The translations under genes and the position numbers were made by a program. From Bdellovibrio sp. (GTDB lineage Bacteria > Bdellovibrionota > Bdellovibrionia > Bdellovibrionales > Bdellovibrionaceae): DNA of 64,000 nt. This document shows, piece after piece, positions 10,369 through 20,693 of the stretch. Location of the stretch: contig JAKFBS010000001.1 of the NCBI GenBank assembly GCA_036677065.1, positions 256,001 through 320,000 on the forward strand, written 5' to 3'. A model generated the notes under the pieces. It had not been told where the DNA came from. It worked only from the letters and a program-made list of their open reading frames with translations, and ran no database searches. Each line of letters begins with the position of its first letter. Position 1 is the first letter of the stretch.

Positions 10369-10387
10369 ATTTATGAATTTGGCACGT

Positions 10388-10412
10388 TGCTCCCCAAAAA
10401 GTAACGGCCTAC
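10388..10412 (-). repeat. Intergenic repeat family A, copy 2
   Basis: Minus strand reads GTAGGCCGTTACTTTTTGGGGAGCA, just after the pepA stop. Confidence 0.65.
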
Positions 10413-10415
10413 CTA

Positions 10416-11933
10416 TTAAAACTGCTTAGCAATTTCAACGAATGTACGAACCATTACGCCTGTTGCGCCTTTTGGTGAGCAGTAATTTAAACGATTACCA
10501 CATGCCCAGCCAGTGCCAGCGATATCAAAGTGAGCCCAAGGAATGCCTTCAGCTACGAATTGTTCTAAGAATGCTGCTGCTGTTCCAGAACCCGCGCCAC
10601 CTGTGTAAGAGATGTTTGAAAGGTCTGCGTATGTGCCTTTCATATCTTTCGTGTGGTGTTCATTGAATGGCATATTCCAGATTGCTTCGCCAGAAGTTGA
10701 TCCTGCTTTTTCAATTTTAGTTTTTAAAGCAGAGTTTTTAGTAAAATATCCTGTGTGGATATTACCTAAAGCAACAACCATTGCGCCTGTAAGAGTTGCT
10801 GCATCGATGATTGCTGCAGGTTCTTGTTCAGAAGCATACACTAAAGCATCAGACAGAATTAAACGGCCTTCAGCATCAGTGTTGTTGATTTCAAAAGTTT
10901 TACCATTACGTGCCGTGTGCACATCACCTGGTTTAGTCGCGCTTCCGTTAATCATGTTTTCAGTCGCAGGTACGAACGCGATCACATTAACTTTTAATTT
11001 TAATTGAGCGATAGCTAACATTGTTCCGATAACTGCAGCGCCGCCGCCTTTATCGTATTTCATTTCTTCCATTTTAGCGCCTGGCTTAATGCTTACGCCG
11101 CCGCAATCGAAAGTTAAACCTTTACCGACGAATGCCAATGGCTTTTTAGTTTTAGCTGCGCCATTGTATTCCATAACGATAAAACGTGGCTCTTGATCAG
11201 AACCTTGAGCAACGCCTAATAGACCGCCCATTTTTTCTTTTTCAATGCGTTTTTTATCCCATGATTGAACTTTTAAAGCAGGAGTTCCTTTAGCACCGCG
11301 AATCGCTTCGTTGCCTAAGATTGTCGGAGTCATCAAGTTACCTGGCATATCACCTAAACGGCGTGCGAAGTTAGTGCATGAAGCAAGGATTGTACCTTCG
11401 TTAAATGCAGCGATGATGCCTTTTTCTTTACCGGCTTTAGACACTAAGTGAATATTTACTGTTTCATCTTTTGCCGCAGTTTTTGGTTTTGATTTTAATT
11501 CATCAAATGTGTAGCCCGCTAAATTTAAACCTTCTACGAAAGCTTGTGTGTATTCAGCTAAGTCTTTTTTGCTAGAAGCCAAACCGTCTAATTGAACAAA
11601 TGCTTCAGATACTTTTAAGTTTTTAACTTCTTTGTATAAAGCAGCAGCTGCCTGACGAACAGTTTCGTGGGTCATTTTGCTATCAGCACCTAGACCAACC
11701 ACGATGACATGGCGAAAGTTGTTTAAATTCGCTTCACGAAAAGAAATAGCTTCGTTAGCTGCGCCTGTGATTAACTTATCATCCAGAGAAGCTTCGAAAA
11801 TGCTGTTCACATCTTTTTCTGTGATCTGAGCTGGTTTGTCTTTTTGCGCATTAGTTTTGGCAAAAAACACTACCGTTTGACCTTTTAAAGTTGAAATATC
11901 TTTCGCGTGCAAATGAACCTGCAAAGTCGACAT
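10416..11933 (-). CDS. pepA: Leucyl aminopeptidase, M17 family
   Basis: VGKGLTFDCGG, MKYD, NTDAEGRLIL, ATLTGA, WAHFDIAG. Confidence 0.95.
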   Translation of the reverse strand: MSTLQVHLHAKDISTLKGQTVVFFAKTNAQKDKPAQITEKDVNSIFEASLDDKLITGAANEAISFREANLNNFRHVIVVGLGADSKMTHETVRQAAAALYKEVKNLKVSEAFVQLDGLASSKKDLAEYTQAFVEGLNLAGYTFDELKSKPKTAAKDETVNIHLVSKAGKEKGIIAAFNEGTILASCTNFARRLGDMPGNLMTPTILGNEAIRGAKGTPALKVQSWDKKRIEKEKMGGLLGVAQGSDQEPRFIVMEYNGAAKTKKPLAFVGKGLTFDCGGVSIKPGAKMEEMKYDKGGGAAVIGTMLAIAQLKLKVNVIAFVPATENMINGSATKPGDVHTARNGKTFEINNTDAEGRLILSDALVYASEQEPAAIIDAATLTGAMVVALGNIHTGYFTKNSALKTKIEKAGSTSGEAIWNMPFNEHHTKDMKGTYADLSNISYTGGAGSGTAAAFLEQFVAEGIPWAHFDIAGTGWACGNRLNYCSPKGATGVMVRTFVEIAKQF

Positions 11934-12034
11934 GAGTATCCTTCCGAAGTTATTAAATTCACTTCAATTTATAGGAGCCCATTTTGTCCCAATTTGATAA
12001 CAGTTTAAAGCAGTATTTCTTAAGAAGAGGCATT

Positions 12035-12051
12035 TCGACTAGACTAGTCGA
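12035..12051. promoter_or_regulatory. Perfect palindrome TCGACTAG-A-CTAGTCGA in the pepA/clpP divergent region (putative operator)
   Basis: 8-bp perfect arms. Confidence 0.4.
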
Positions 12052-12172
12052 GTCTTTTTCTGGACTCATGATAAAAAAAATAAAGTGTGATCATTAAAAG
12101 TCCGAAAAAACACATAGTGAAAACACCACCTGAAAGTGGAATAAAGAAGCAGCAACAGAACAGGAGCCGGCA

Positions 12173-12778
12173 GTGGCAGTAATACCATACGTAATTGAAC
12201 AGACATCAAAGGGCGAAAGATCATACGATATTTACTCGCGTTTATTAAAAGACCGCATTGTGATCTTAGGATCAGCAGTGACAGACGAGGTCGCCAACGC
12301 AATTATTGCCCAAATCTTGTTCTTAGAGGTGGATAATCCTGAAAAAGATATTCAATTTTATATTAATTCGCCAGGTGGCAGTGTTTCTGCAGGTATGGCG
12401 ATCTACGATATGATGCAATTCGTGAAGTGCGATATTGCAACTTATTGTTTAGGAATGGCAGCCAGCATGGGATCTTTGCTACTAACAGCTGGTACTAAGG
12501 GGAAAAGATACTCAATGCCTAGTTCTAGAATCATGATCCATCAACCGCTTTTAGCTGGTGGTGGCTTATCTGGACAGGTAACGGATATCGAAATCCACGC
12601 CAGAGAATTGATTAAGACTAAAGAAAAGTTAACTCGTATTTATGAAAAGCATACGGGTAAAGACTACGCGACACTACATGCAGCTATGGAACGCGATAAT
12701 TTTATGGATGCTAAAACAGCCTTAGATTTCGGTTTAATTGACCATGTGATTGAATCTCGTAAAGCGAACAAAGGATAA
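12173..12778 (+). CDS. clpP: ATP-dependent Clp protease proteolytic subunit
   Basis: [33 protein letters not shown]. Confidence 0.97.
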   Translation: MAVIPYVIEQTSKGERSYDIYSRLLKDRIVILGSAVTDEVANAIIAQILFLEVDNPEKDIQFYINSPGGSVSAGMAIYDMMQFVKCDIATYCLGMAASMGSLLLTAGTKGKRYSMPSSRIMIHQPLLAGGGLSGQVTDIEIHARELIKTKEKLTRIYEKHTGKDYATLHAAMERDNFMDAKTALDFGLIDHVIESRKANKG

Positions 12779-12781
12779 TAG

Positions 12782-14065
12782 ATGAAAGACGCTCAATTAA
12801 GATGCTCATTTTGTGGTAAAGGCCAAAAAGAAGTTAAAAAACTTATTGCTGGCCCAAGCGTTTATATCTGCGACGAATGTATCGACCTTTGCATGGATAT
12901 CATCGACGAAGAAAAAGACAAAGAAGTTGCGGTCAAAGGAGCTTTCAGAGTTCCGAAACCAGCAGAGATCAAGGCTTTCTTAGATGATTATGTTATCGGC
13001 CAGTTATCAGCGAAGAAAACAATCGCAGTAGCGGTGCACAATCACTACAAACGTATCAATGCTTTACAAGGCAAAAAAGCTACGGATGTAGAATTACAAA
13101 AATCAAATATTTTATTAGTTGGTCCGACAGGATCAGGTAAAACATTAATCGCACAAACAATTGCAAGAGTATTAAATGTACCTTTCGCAATGGCAGATGC
13201 GACAACGTTAACTGAAGCTGGTTACGTGGGTGAGGACGTTGAAAATATCGTTCTTAACTTATTACAAGCTGCTGATTACGATATCGAAAAAGCAAAACGT
13301 GGAATCATCTACGTGGATGAGATCGATAAAATTTCACGTAAATCAGAAAATCCATCAATCACGCGTGACGTATCGGGTGAAGGTGTACAGCAAGCGTTAT
13401 TAAAAATCTTAGAAGGAACAGTTGCAAACTTACCTCCAAAAGGTGGTCGTAAACATCCACAACAAGAATTTATCCAAGTAGATACAACGAATATCTTATT
13501 TATTTGCGGTGGTGCTTTCTCTGGTTTAGATAAAATCGTAGAAAATAGAACAGTTAATAAATCAATGGGTATTGGCGGAGAAATTAATCACAATGCTGAT
13601 GGTGACACAGAACACTTATTAGCAAAAGTAACTCCTGAAGATTTAACTAAATTCGGTCTTATCCCAGAGTTCATCGGTCGCTTACCGGCAATCGCTACAT
13701 TAGCGCCGTTAAAAGAAGATGCTTTAATGGAAATCTTAACTCGCCCTAAAAATGCGATCACTAAGCAGTACCAAAAGTTATTCTCTTTTGAAGGTGTTGA
13801 TTTAAGATTTACTGATGAAGCCTTAAAAGCAATCGCTCGCGAAGCTTTAAAACGTAAAACAGGTGCCCGCGGTCTTCGCGGTGTTATCGAATCATCAATG
13901 TTAGATGTGATGTACGATGTTCCTGGTTTAACTAACGTTAAAGAAGTGATCATCGATGAAAAAGTAATCCAAGAAATGGCTCAGCCGAAAATGGTTTATT
14001 ACACTGATGAAGAGATGAAGGCTAAAGCTGAAAAAGCTAAGAAGTCTGAATCAGAATCTGCATAG
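12782..14065 (+). CDS. clpX: Clp protease ATP-binding subunit ClpX
   Basis: CSFCGK Zn finger, [27 protein letters not shown]. Confidence 0.97.
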   Translation: MKDAQLRCSFCGKGQKEVKKLIAGPSVYICDECIDLCMDIIDEEKDKEVAVKGAFRVPKPAEIKAFLDDYVIGQLSAKKTIAVAVHNHYKRINALQGKKATDVELQKSNILLVGPTGSGKTLIAQTIARVLNVPFAMADATTLTEAGYVGEDVENIVLNLLQAADYDIEKAKRGIIYVDEIDKISRKSENPSITRDVSGEGVQQALLKILEGTVANLPPKGGRKHPQQEFIQVDTTNILFICGGAFSGLDKIVENRTVNKSMGIGGEINHNADGDTEHLLAKVTPEDLTKFGLIPEFIGRLPAIATLAPLKEDALMEILTRPKNAITKQYQKLFSFEGVDLRFTDEALKAIAREALKRKTGARGLRGVIESSMLDVMYDVPGLTNVKEVIIDEKVIQEMAQPKMVYYTDEEMKAKAEKAKKSESESA

Positions 14066-14089
14066 TTAGAAAAATTAAAAGCTAAAAGT

Positions 14090-14120
14090 AAAAAAGGAAA
14101 GTTTAGACTCTCCTTTTTTT
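14090..14120. terminator. Bidirectional intrinsic terminator
   Basis: AAAAAAGGAAAGT-loop-ACTCTCCTTTTTTTT between convergent clpX and the DacB gene. Confidence 0.75.
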
Positions 14121-14137
14121 ATTCTGTATTTTAAGAA

Positions 14138-15562
14138 TTATTGTTCAAAAACATCGTTAGCACCAGCTTGTCCACCACTACCAAGCGCTAGGTTTGGTAA
14201 TGCCGGTGTGTTTTCAGGAGCTTCGTCTTCATCGTAGTTATCCATGTTGTCTTTAAGTGGATTATCCATGATGTAGTTGTAGGGAACACCACGAACTTGT
14301 TTTACTAGTTTGATTAATTCAGCGTTAATCATCGCACGAGCACGGTTTTCTTCTTTTCTAGACATTGAAGAAATTTGCACATTATAAAAGAAATAGTGTG
14401 GGCCATTTGTGCTGTTGATGACGCCACCTAAAGCGATGTTGGTTCCGACAGTTCCGGTTTTAGCGACAACCATACCACGTGTTTGTGGTTTTGTATAAGC
14501 CGCTCCACCAACAGTAGAGCCCTTATCAACGCCCATTACGGCAACGATGTCAGTGATTTGTTTCTTTTGTTTTTGCACCGCTGTGTTTAGGGCACGAATC
14601 GTACGAACTACAACGCTACAAGAAGCTTCGTTGTATAAACGACCAGAACCATCTAAATCGTGATTTTGTCCTGAACCATTAACAAATGAAAATTCAGATT
14701 CAGAAACTTTTAAAGTGTTGTAATAGAAAGAATTTAATTTTTCTAAACCACCAGCAGCCACTAATAGTCGATTTGAAGAGTGGTTATTAGAATTCCAGTT
14801 CATTGATTTAATAATTGCGCGCATATCCTGAGAAGACACGTAAAGTTTAATCGCGTTTGAAGCTGGTTTAAATTCACTTGAAGCTTTGAACGAAGTTTTT
14901 GCGACAACAAAACGCGGAGATTTAAAAAGTTCGATACCGGCAGCCTTAGCTGTTAAGTAAGTTTTAGAATAATCAGCTAAGATCACACGTTGTTCTTTTA
15001 ATTGCGCTTCAACTAATTCTTTTGGTGGGTAATTCAAAGTGGCTTTTAATATTGTCGGGCGAATATGCGTGCGTGTAGCAACAGTTACTTTTTGGCCTTT
15101 TCTATTTTTAGCTACACGCGAACCAGTCACTACCGAAAATCCATTATAAGCATCAGTATCGTGAAGGTATTTTACATTTTCATCAAAAGTAAGATGGCGA
15201 ATATTTTTAACTCCCGCTTCATTTAAACGAGAAACAATCATTTGCATTTTATAGCGGTTGAAATATGGATCAGCGCTTCCTGCGATGTGTACGTCGTGCG
15301 TAGTTTTATCAACGGGCGTAGCAAATACTTGTGTGGAAAAAGTTGTGCCTAAGTCGAAAGTCGTTGTTGCTAGAAGACTAGTAAACAATTTAGAAACTGA
15401 TGCAATTGGGTACTTGATATTGATATTTGTACCTTTAATCTCTTTCATGTTCTGGTCCATATGGCATGAACTCACCATCTTGGCGCCATAAACAGAATTC
15501 GCCACCAATGTGCCGATCATAAAAGACAAAAGAATAGGTTTGTTTACTAACTTATTTAACAT
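14138..15562 (-). CDS. Secreted D-Ala-D-Ala carboxy/endopeptidase, S13/PBP4 (DacB-like) family
   Basis: ASVSK (SxxK), GSADP, SNN, NGSG, KTGT motifs; signal peptide; ATG15562 after AGGTGG. Confidence 0.85.
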   Translation of the reverse strand: MLNKLVNKPILLSFMIGTLVANSVYGAKMVSSCHMDQNMKEIKGTNINIKYPIASVSKLFTSLLATTTFDLGTTFSTQVFATPVDKTTHDVHIAGSADPYFNRYKMQMIVSRLNEAGVKNIRHLTFDENVKYLHDTDAYNGFSVVTGSRVAKNRKGQKVTVATRTHIRPTILKATLNYPPKELVEAQLKEQRVILADYSKTYLTAKAAGIELFKSPRFVVAKTSFKASSEFKPASNAIKLYVSSQDMRAIIKSMNWNSNNHSSNRLLVAAGGLEKLNSFYYNTLKVSESEFSFVNGSGQNHDLDGSGRLYNEASCSVVVRTIRALNTAVQKQKKQITDIVAVMGVDKGSTVGGAAYTKPQTRGMVVAKTGTVGTNIALGGVINSTNGPHYFFYNVQISSMSRKEENRARAMINAELIKLVKQVRGVPYNYIMDNPLKDNMDNYDEDEAPENTPALPNLALGSGGQAGANDVFEQ

Positions 15563-15590
15563 CACGTACCACCTGTTTGAGATGACATAA

Positions 15591-15606
15591 AGCAAGATAG
15601 AAACCC
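15591..15606 (-). promoter_or_regulatory. Putative sigma-54 promoter of the DacB-like gene
   Basis: GGGTTTCTATCTTGCT, GG-N10-GC. Confidence 0.5.
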
Positions 15607-15784
15607 CGTTAAAACGAATATATGCGACTTGAAATAAACATTGTCTAGTTATGTATCAAATTGAGCTGTAAATTGTTAGACAGACGATCGTGTAAATATG
15701 ACTTCAGGACCCAAAGATATTTTTATTTCTACAATAACGAAAAAGGCTTTGCTCTTTCAAAGTAACCCAATAAAATAATATGTA

Positions 15785-15800
15785 AGGCCGCGGTTTTGCA
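15785..15800 (+). promoter_or_regulatory. Putative sigma-54 promoter of lon
   Basis: AGGCCGCGGTTTTGCA, GG-N10-GC. Confidence 0.5.
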
Positions 15801-15949
15801 TTCAATATAAATCACTTTATAACGAATAAATTAACCGCTCCCGACCAAGAAAGGGTCACAAACCCAATCTCTGGTACTCGGTTAGGATAACCGGGGCGAA
15901 AAACTGGTAAAATGATTTACTGGTTTTATTCAAGGAAGGAGTTCTTTCA

Positions 15950-18475
15950 ATGGCGAAAACAAACACAGCCGATACTCAACAACTACCCTTACTTCCTCTA
16001 CGTGATCTCATCATCTTTCCTCATATGATGATGCCGTTATTTGTAGGACGTGAAAAAAGCATCAATGCATTAGAAGATGCTATGAGCAAACAAACGGATA
16101 TCATTTTAGCAGCGCAAAAAGATGCTAAAACAAATAACCCTGAAGAAAAAGATATCTACACTATCGGCACTGTGGGTTCAATTATTCAACTTTTACGTTT
16201 ACCAGATGGTACAGTAAAAGTTTTAGTAGAAGGTAAACGCAGAGCACGCATCAAAGGTTTCGTACCAAATGATGGTTTCTTTGTTGTTAACTGTGAAGTC
16301 ATTGAAGAAGAAGTTGAAAATCCAACTGAAGCATCAGCTTTAGTTAGATCTGTAAAATCAACTTTTGAAACTTACGTTAAATTAAATAAACGTATTCCAC
16401 CTGAGATTTTAATGCGCGTATCAAGCATTGAAAGCCCAGGAGAACTAGCTGACATTATCGTTGCTCAGTTAAATCTTAAATTAGAAGACAAACAAAATAT
16501 TTTAGAAATCCTAGATCCATCTAAACGTTTAGAAAATCTATTAAACCTAATGACAGGTGAAATTGAAATTCTAGAAGTTGAGAAAAAAATTCGCACGCGT
16601 GTGAAAAAACAGATGGAAAAATCGCAGAAGGAATACTATTTGAATGAGCAAATGCAGGCTATTCAAAAAGAACTTGGCGAAAAAGATGATTATCAAGCCG
16701 AGTTAGAAGACCTTTCGACTAAGTGCAAAGATAAAAAAATGCCTCAAGAGGCAAAAGATAAAGTTAATAAAGAAATTAAAAAATTGAAATTGATGTCACC
16801 AATGAGTGCTGAAGCTACAGTTGTAAGAAATTACATTGACTGGGTTTTATCTCTTCCTTGGACAGATTACTCAGAAGATCGTCATGATGTTAAAAATGCT
16901 AAGAAAATCTTAGATGAAGATCACTGGGGATTAGAAAAAGTTAAAGATCGTATCTTAGAATACCTTGCTGTTTTGTCGTTATCGAAAAACATGCGTGGAC
17001 CTATCATCTGTCTTGCCGGCCCTCCGGGCGTAGGTAAAACATCTTTAGCAAGATCTATCGCTGAATCTTTAAATCGTCCATTTGCGCGTATCTCTTTAGG
17101 TGGCGTGCGTGATGAAGCAGAGATTCGCGGTCATAGAAAAACATACGTCGGCGCGATGCCAGGTAAAATCCTGCAAGCGTTACGTAAAGTTGATAAAGGT
17201 AATCCGGTCGTTCTATTAGATGAAATCGATAAAATGGCTAATGACTTCAGAGGTGACCCAGCGTCAGCGATGCTTGAAGTATTAGATCCAGAACAAAATT
17301 CATCTTTCTCGGATCACTATTTAGAGCTTGAGTACGATTTATCAAATGTGATGTTCGTAGCTACAGCAAATAATTTAGGTAATGTTCCAAGACCGTTACT
17401 TGATCGTATGGAAATCATTTATTTAGATGGCTACATCGAGCAAGAAAAGTTTCACATTGCTAAGAATTATTTAATTCCAAAACAAATCGGTAATCACGGT
17501 TTGAAAGATTTAAATATTTCTATGAATGATAAAGCAGTTCGCGATGTTATTCGTTACTACACTCGCGAAGCGGGCGTTCGTAACTTAGAGCGTGAATTTG
17601 CAAACGTATTCCGTAAAGTGGCTAAAGACGTTGTTATGAATAACATGATCGACGATCTTAAGTCTGAAGGAACTGCGACTGCAAAAACTAAAGCTGCTCC
17701 TGCTAAAAAAGCGGCTAAAGGCAAAGCGGCTGCTAAAACTGCTAAAGCTTACAAAAAAGACGGTTATGTAATTACATCAGAAAAACTGGTTGAATTACTT
17801 GGACCACACAAACTACGCCATGGCGAGATCGAGAAAACAAACGAGATCGGTCTTACAAATGGTATGGCTTGGACAGAAGTGGGCGGAGACTTATTAGCAG
17901 TAGAAGTTTCTGCGGTTCCGGGTAAAGGTAAATTCACAGTCACTGGTCAATTAGGTGATGTGATGAAAGAGTCTTGTTCGGCAGCGATGAGCTACGTACG
18001 TTCTCGCGGACCTTTATTTGGTTTCGATAAAGAATTTTACGCAAACATCGATATCCATATCCATTTACCAGAAGGCGCTACTCCAAAAGATGGTCCTTCA
18101 GCAGGTATCGCTCTTGTAACTTCGGTTGTATCAGCGATCACGAAAATCCCGGTTCGTCGCACAGTTGCGATGACTGGTGAGATCTCGTTACGTGGTAAAG
18201 TGTTAGCTATCGGTGGTTTAAAAGAGAAAGTCTTAGCTGCTCACCGTGGTGGCATTAAGATGATTATCTGCCCGAAAGAAAACGAAAAAGATCTTAAAGA
18301 CATTCCAAAAGAAGTTCTTAAAGAGCTAAAAGTTATTCTGGTAGACCATGTTGACCAAGTTTTAATCAATGCTTTAGACATTAAATCGCCTAAAGAGTTG
18401 TTCAAAATGCAGTCAGAGCGTGAATTCGGTATCAAAGCTAATTATACCGGGCAACAAGTTCATACTCAGCACTAA
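15950..18475 (+). CDS. lon: ATP-dependent protease La
   Basis: LPLLPLRD N-domain, [17 protein letters not shown] catalytic Ser, GGLKEK. Confidence 0.97.
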   Translation: MAKTNTADTQQLPLLPLRDLIIFPHMMMPLFVGREKSINALEDAMSKQTDIILAAQKDAKTNNPEEKDIYTIGTVGSIIQLLRLPDGTVKVLVEGKRRARIKGFVPNDGFFVVNCEVIEEEVENPTEASALVRSVKSTFETYVKLNKRIPPEILMRVSSIESPGELADIIVAQLNLKLEDKQNILEILDPSKRLENLLNLMTGEIEILEVEKKIRTRVKKQMEKSQKEYYLNEQMQAIQKELGEKDDYQAELEDLSTKCKDKKMPQEAKDKVNKEIKKLKLMSPMSAEATVVRNYIDWVLSLPWTDYSEDRHDVKNAKKILDEDHWGLEKVKDRILEYLAVLSLSKNMRGPIICLAGPPGVGKTSLARSIAESLNRPFARISLGGVRDEAEIRGHRKTYVGAMPGKILQALRKVDKGNPVVLLDEIDKMANDFRGDPASAMLEVLDPEQNSSFSDHYLELEYDLSNVMFVATANNLGNVPRPLLDRMEIIYLDGYIEQEKFHIAKNYLIPKQIGNHGLKDLNISMNDKAVRDVIRYYTREAGVRNLEREFANVFRKVAKDVVMNNMIDDLKSEGTATAKTKAAPAKKAAKGKAAAKTAKAYKKDGYVITSEKLVELLGPHKLRHGEIEKTNEIGLTNGMAWTEVGGDLLAVEVSAVPGKGKFTVTGQLGDVMKESCSAAMSYVRSRGPLFGFDKEFYANIDIHIHLPEGATPKDGPSAGIALVTSVVSAITKIPVRRTVAMTGEISLRGKVLAIGGLKEKVLAAHRGGIKMIICPKENEKDLKDIPKEVLKELKVILVDHVDQVLINALDIKSPKELFKMQSEREFGIKANYTGQQVHTQH

Positions 18476-18508
18476 TAAGATTCTGTTAAAAAACTGAATA
18501 AATACTTT

Positions 18509-18538
18509 AGAAGGAGAGCCTAAAAACTCTCCTTCTTG
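18509..18538 (+). terminator. Intrinsic terminator after lon
   Basis: AGAAGGAGAG-loop-CTCTCCTTCT followed by a T-rich tract. Confidence 0.7.
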
Positions 18539-18749
18539 CTTTTTATTTTAGCATAAAGGGTATTATTCAGTGCAATGTTCTTAAAAACCTACATAACTGT
18601 TTGAAATTTTTAAGTTAACCCAAGAATCACAGAGCCCATAAATTTAAAAAATTTCGACTAGATGTAAGTTTGTTGACCTGATCTTACAAAATCTGTACTT
18701 TCCTTTTCATTCATTTCCAGACGAAAAACTGACAAAGGATTAACACAAA

Positions 18750-19862
18750 ATGAACGCAGATCGTGTATACGAACTAGGTAAGCTCTACTGCGATCGTGGT
18801 GATTATCAACTAGCATTGCCCAACTTGATTGAAGCCGCAGACGCCTACTTAGCCGAGAAAAATTTTGAGGTTTACTTAAAAGCTGCTCAGCATATCTTAC
18901 GTATTTATGCTGAACGTGAAGAGTTTGAACGCTTATCCGCGTACAAAGAAAAGCTGCAAGACACCGTTATCCGTGAAAATATTCAATTAAATTCACGCGT
19001 GTATTATGTTTTTGGTATCGCCGCTGTTTACAAAGGCCAAATCGAAAACGGTTTAGAATATTTTAAAATTGCTTTAGACCATGCTTTAAAAACTGATCAT
19101 AAAGAAGACATCTGCTTTGCGATCTTAGGTATCGCGATTTGTTACCGTCATCAAAAACGTTACGAAGAATCGCTAAAAGAAATTTACAATTTAAATATCT
19201 TTACCCAATTTACAGACAACGTAGATTTAAAAACATCTGTGTTATCAGTGAACGCGAACATTTTAATTTCACTTAAAAAATACGACCAAGCTTTAGATTT
19301 ATTATGGCAGGCTTATGATGTGACGAAGCAATCGAAAAAGATGGCAACATCTTTAACGATCATGGGTAACATCGGCGTTTGCTTATTTGAATTGGGTCAA
19401 CGTGATGCTGCTAAAATTTATTTCGATTTAGTTTTACGTAGTGTTGATACAGATAATTCAAAAAAAATCTTACGCTCGTACGAAAATTACATCGACAGCT
19501 ACAAGAACACGAACAAAGACACTTTTGATTTATCTTTCGATTTTGATAACCACTTAGTTAAAGAGCGCCAATTAGGTAAAATCGATTTCAAAAATCAATT
19601 CATCCTATTGGATCTTTTAAAACTGTTCATCTCTAAACAGGGTGAAGTGTTTTCAAAAGAATACCTTGTCGAACACATCTGGAAACAAGAATACGATCCG
19701 GCAGTTCACGACAATAAAATCTATGTGACGATTAAGCGTCTTAGAAAAATGATCGAGCCAGATTATGATCGTCCAAAATATATTTTTAGGTCTAAGAACG
19801 GTTATTTCTTAAACAAATCAATCAAAGTTAGTGATCAGATTGCTCAAGAGGGGAGAGTCTAG
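18750..19862 (+). CDS. TPR-repeat protein with C-terminal OmpR/PhoB-type winged-helix DNA-binding domain
   Basis: N-terminal TPR helices; FSKEYLVEHIW...IYVTIKRLRKMIE...YIFRSKNGY. Confidence 0.85.
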   Translation: MNADRVYELGKLYCDRGDYQLALPNLIEAADAYLAEKNFEVYLKAAQHILRIYAEREEFERLSAYKEKLQDTVIRENIQLNSRVYYVFGIAAVYKGQIENGLEYFKIALDHALKTDHKEDICFAILGIAICYRHQKRYEESLKEIYNLNIFTQFTDNVDLKTSVLSVNANILISLKKYDQALDLLWQAYDVTKQSKKMATSLTIMGNIGVCLFELGQRDAAKIYFDLVLRSVDTDNSKKILRSYENYIDSYKNTNKDTFDLSFDFDNHLVKERQLGKIDFKNQFILLDLLKLFISKQGEVFSKEYLVEHIWKQEYDPAVHDNKIYVTIKRLRKMIEPDYDRPKYIFRSKNGYFLNKSIKVSDQIAQEGRV

Positions 19863-20455
19863 TGAAACAGGTAGCTTTATTATTAACGGTAGTATTATCG
19901 GGGTTATTCGCGCACGCACAGGTAGATGATGTTGTCGGCGGGGATAAGCAAACTAAGGCAGGTTCTTGCGGTTATAACACTTTAGGTGGCGCAGATACTT
20001 TTCCTTGGTCATTAGCTCAACCATTTCCTTGGGATTCAATTCAAGGTTTATGGAAAGTCAGCGACGATCCAGATCAAGTAGTTCGTATGCGTGTAGTTCG
20101 CCAAGACCAAAAAGTTAAACACTTAAGCGTAGATGTGCTTTCACGTCTTGCGTGTGCTTCGACAATGAAAGGTGTTGGTATCATCACAGCCGCTGAGAAA
20201 AACGTAGTACGTTTAAGCTTAACGGATACTCAAGGCCAAACTCATTTAATGAAGTTAGCTTTCTTTGATACTCGCGATCTAAAAATGGACACGAATGTCT
20301 GCGGCCAATCAGTTTTAGCGGCTACAGTGGTTCATTTTGAGGGCGAAGGCGAAGACGATGGCGGTAGTGATCAAAAACCAGCAGAACAATCAAATATGAT
20401 GCTGAAAAAGATTACAAACTCGACAGAGTTCTACTGCAAAAAACGCAGAAGATAG
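19862..20455 (+). CDS. Secreted hypothetical protein
   Basis: Signal peptide ending AHA; start overlaps the upstream stop; 4 Cys. Confidence 0.7.
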   Translation: MKQVALLLTVVLSGLFAHAQVDDVVGGDKQTKAGSCGYNTLGGADTFPWSLAQPFPWDSIQGLWKVSDDPDQVVRMRVVRQDQKVKHLSVDVLSRLACASTMKGVGIITAAEKNVVRLSLTDTQGQTHLMKLAFFDTRDLKMDTNVCGQSVLAATVVHFEGEGEDDGGSDQKPAEQSNMMLKKITNSTEFYCKKRRR

Positions 20456-20473
20456 TATTTTTTAGTTGAACGC

Positions 20474-20502
20474 GGGCTATAGCTTATATATATCTATAGC
20501 CC
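20474..20502. promoter_or_regulatory. Inverted repeat overlapping the likely tRNA promoter
   Basis: GGGCTATAG-N11-CTATAGCCC, after TTGAAC and enclosing TATATAT. Confidence 0.4.
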
Positions 20503-20515
20503 AATCGCAAACGAC

Positions 20516-20591
20516 AGGGAATTAGCTCAGTTGGTAGAGCGCCACCCTTACAAGGTGGATGTCGTCGGTTCGAATCCGGCATTCCCTACCA
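20516..20591 (+). tRNA. tRNA-Val (anticodon TAC)
   Basis: AGGGAAT/ATTCCCT acceptor stem, AGCTCAGTTGGTAGAGC D arm, CCACC-CT-TAC-AA-GGTGG, GGTTCGAATCC, encoded CCA. Confidence 0.97.
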
Positions 20592-20642
20592 TTTTCAGTA
20601 CATTTAGTTTGTGATGTTTTGGTGAAACCAAACTCCAAAAAG

Positions 20643-20669
20643 AAAACCAGCCTCGTAGCTGGTTTTTTT
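20643..20669. terminator. Intrinsic terminator after the tRNA, probably bidirectional
   Basis: AAAACCAGC-loop-GCTGGTTTTTTT. Confidence 0.8.
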
Positions 20670-20693
20670 GTTTCTAAATCAAAGCAAAAATTC

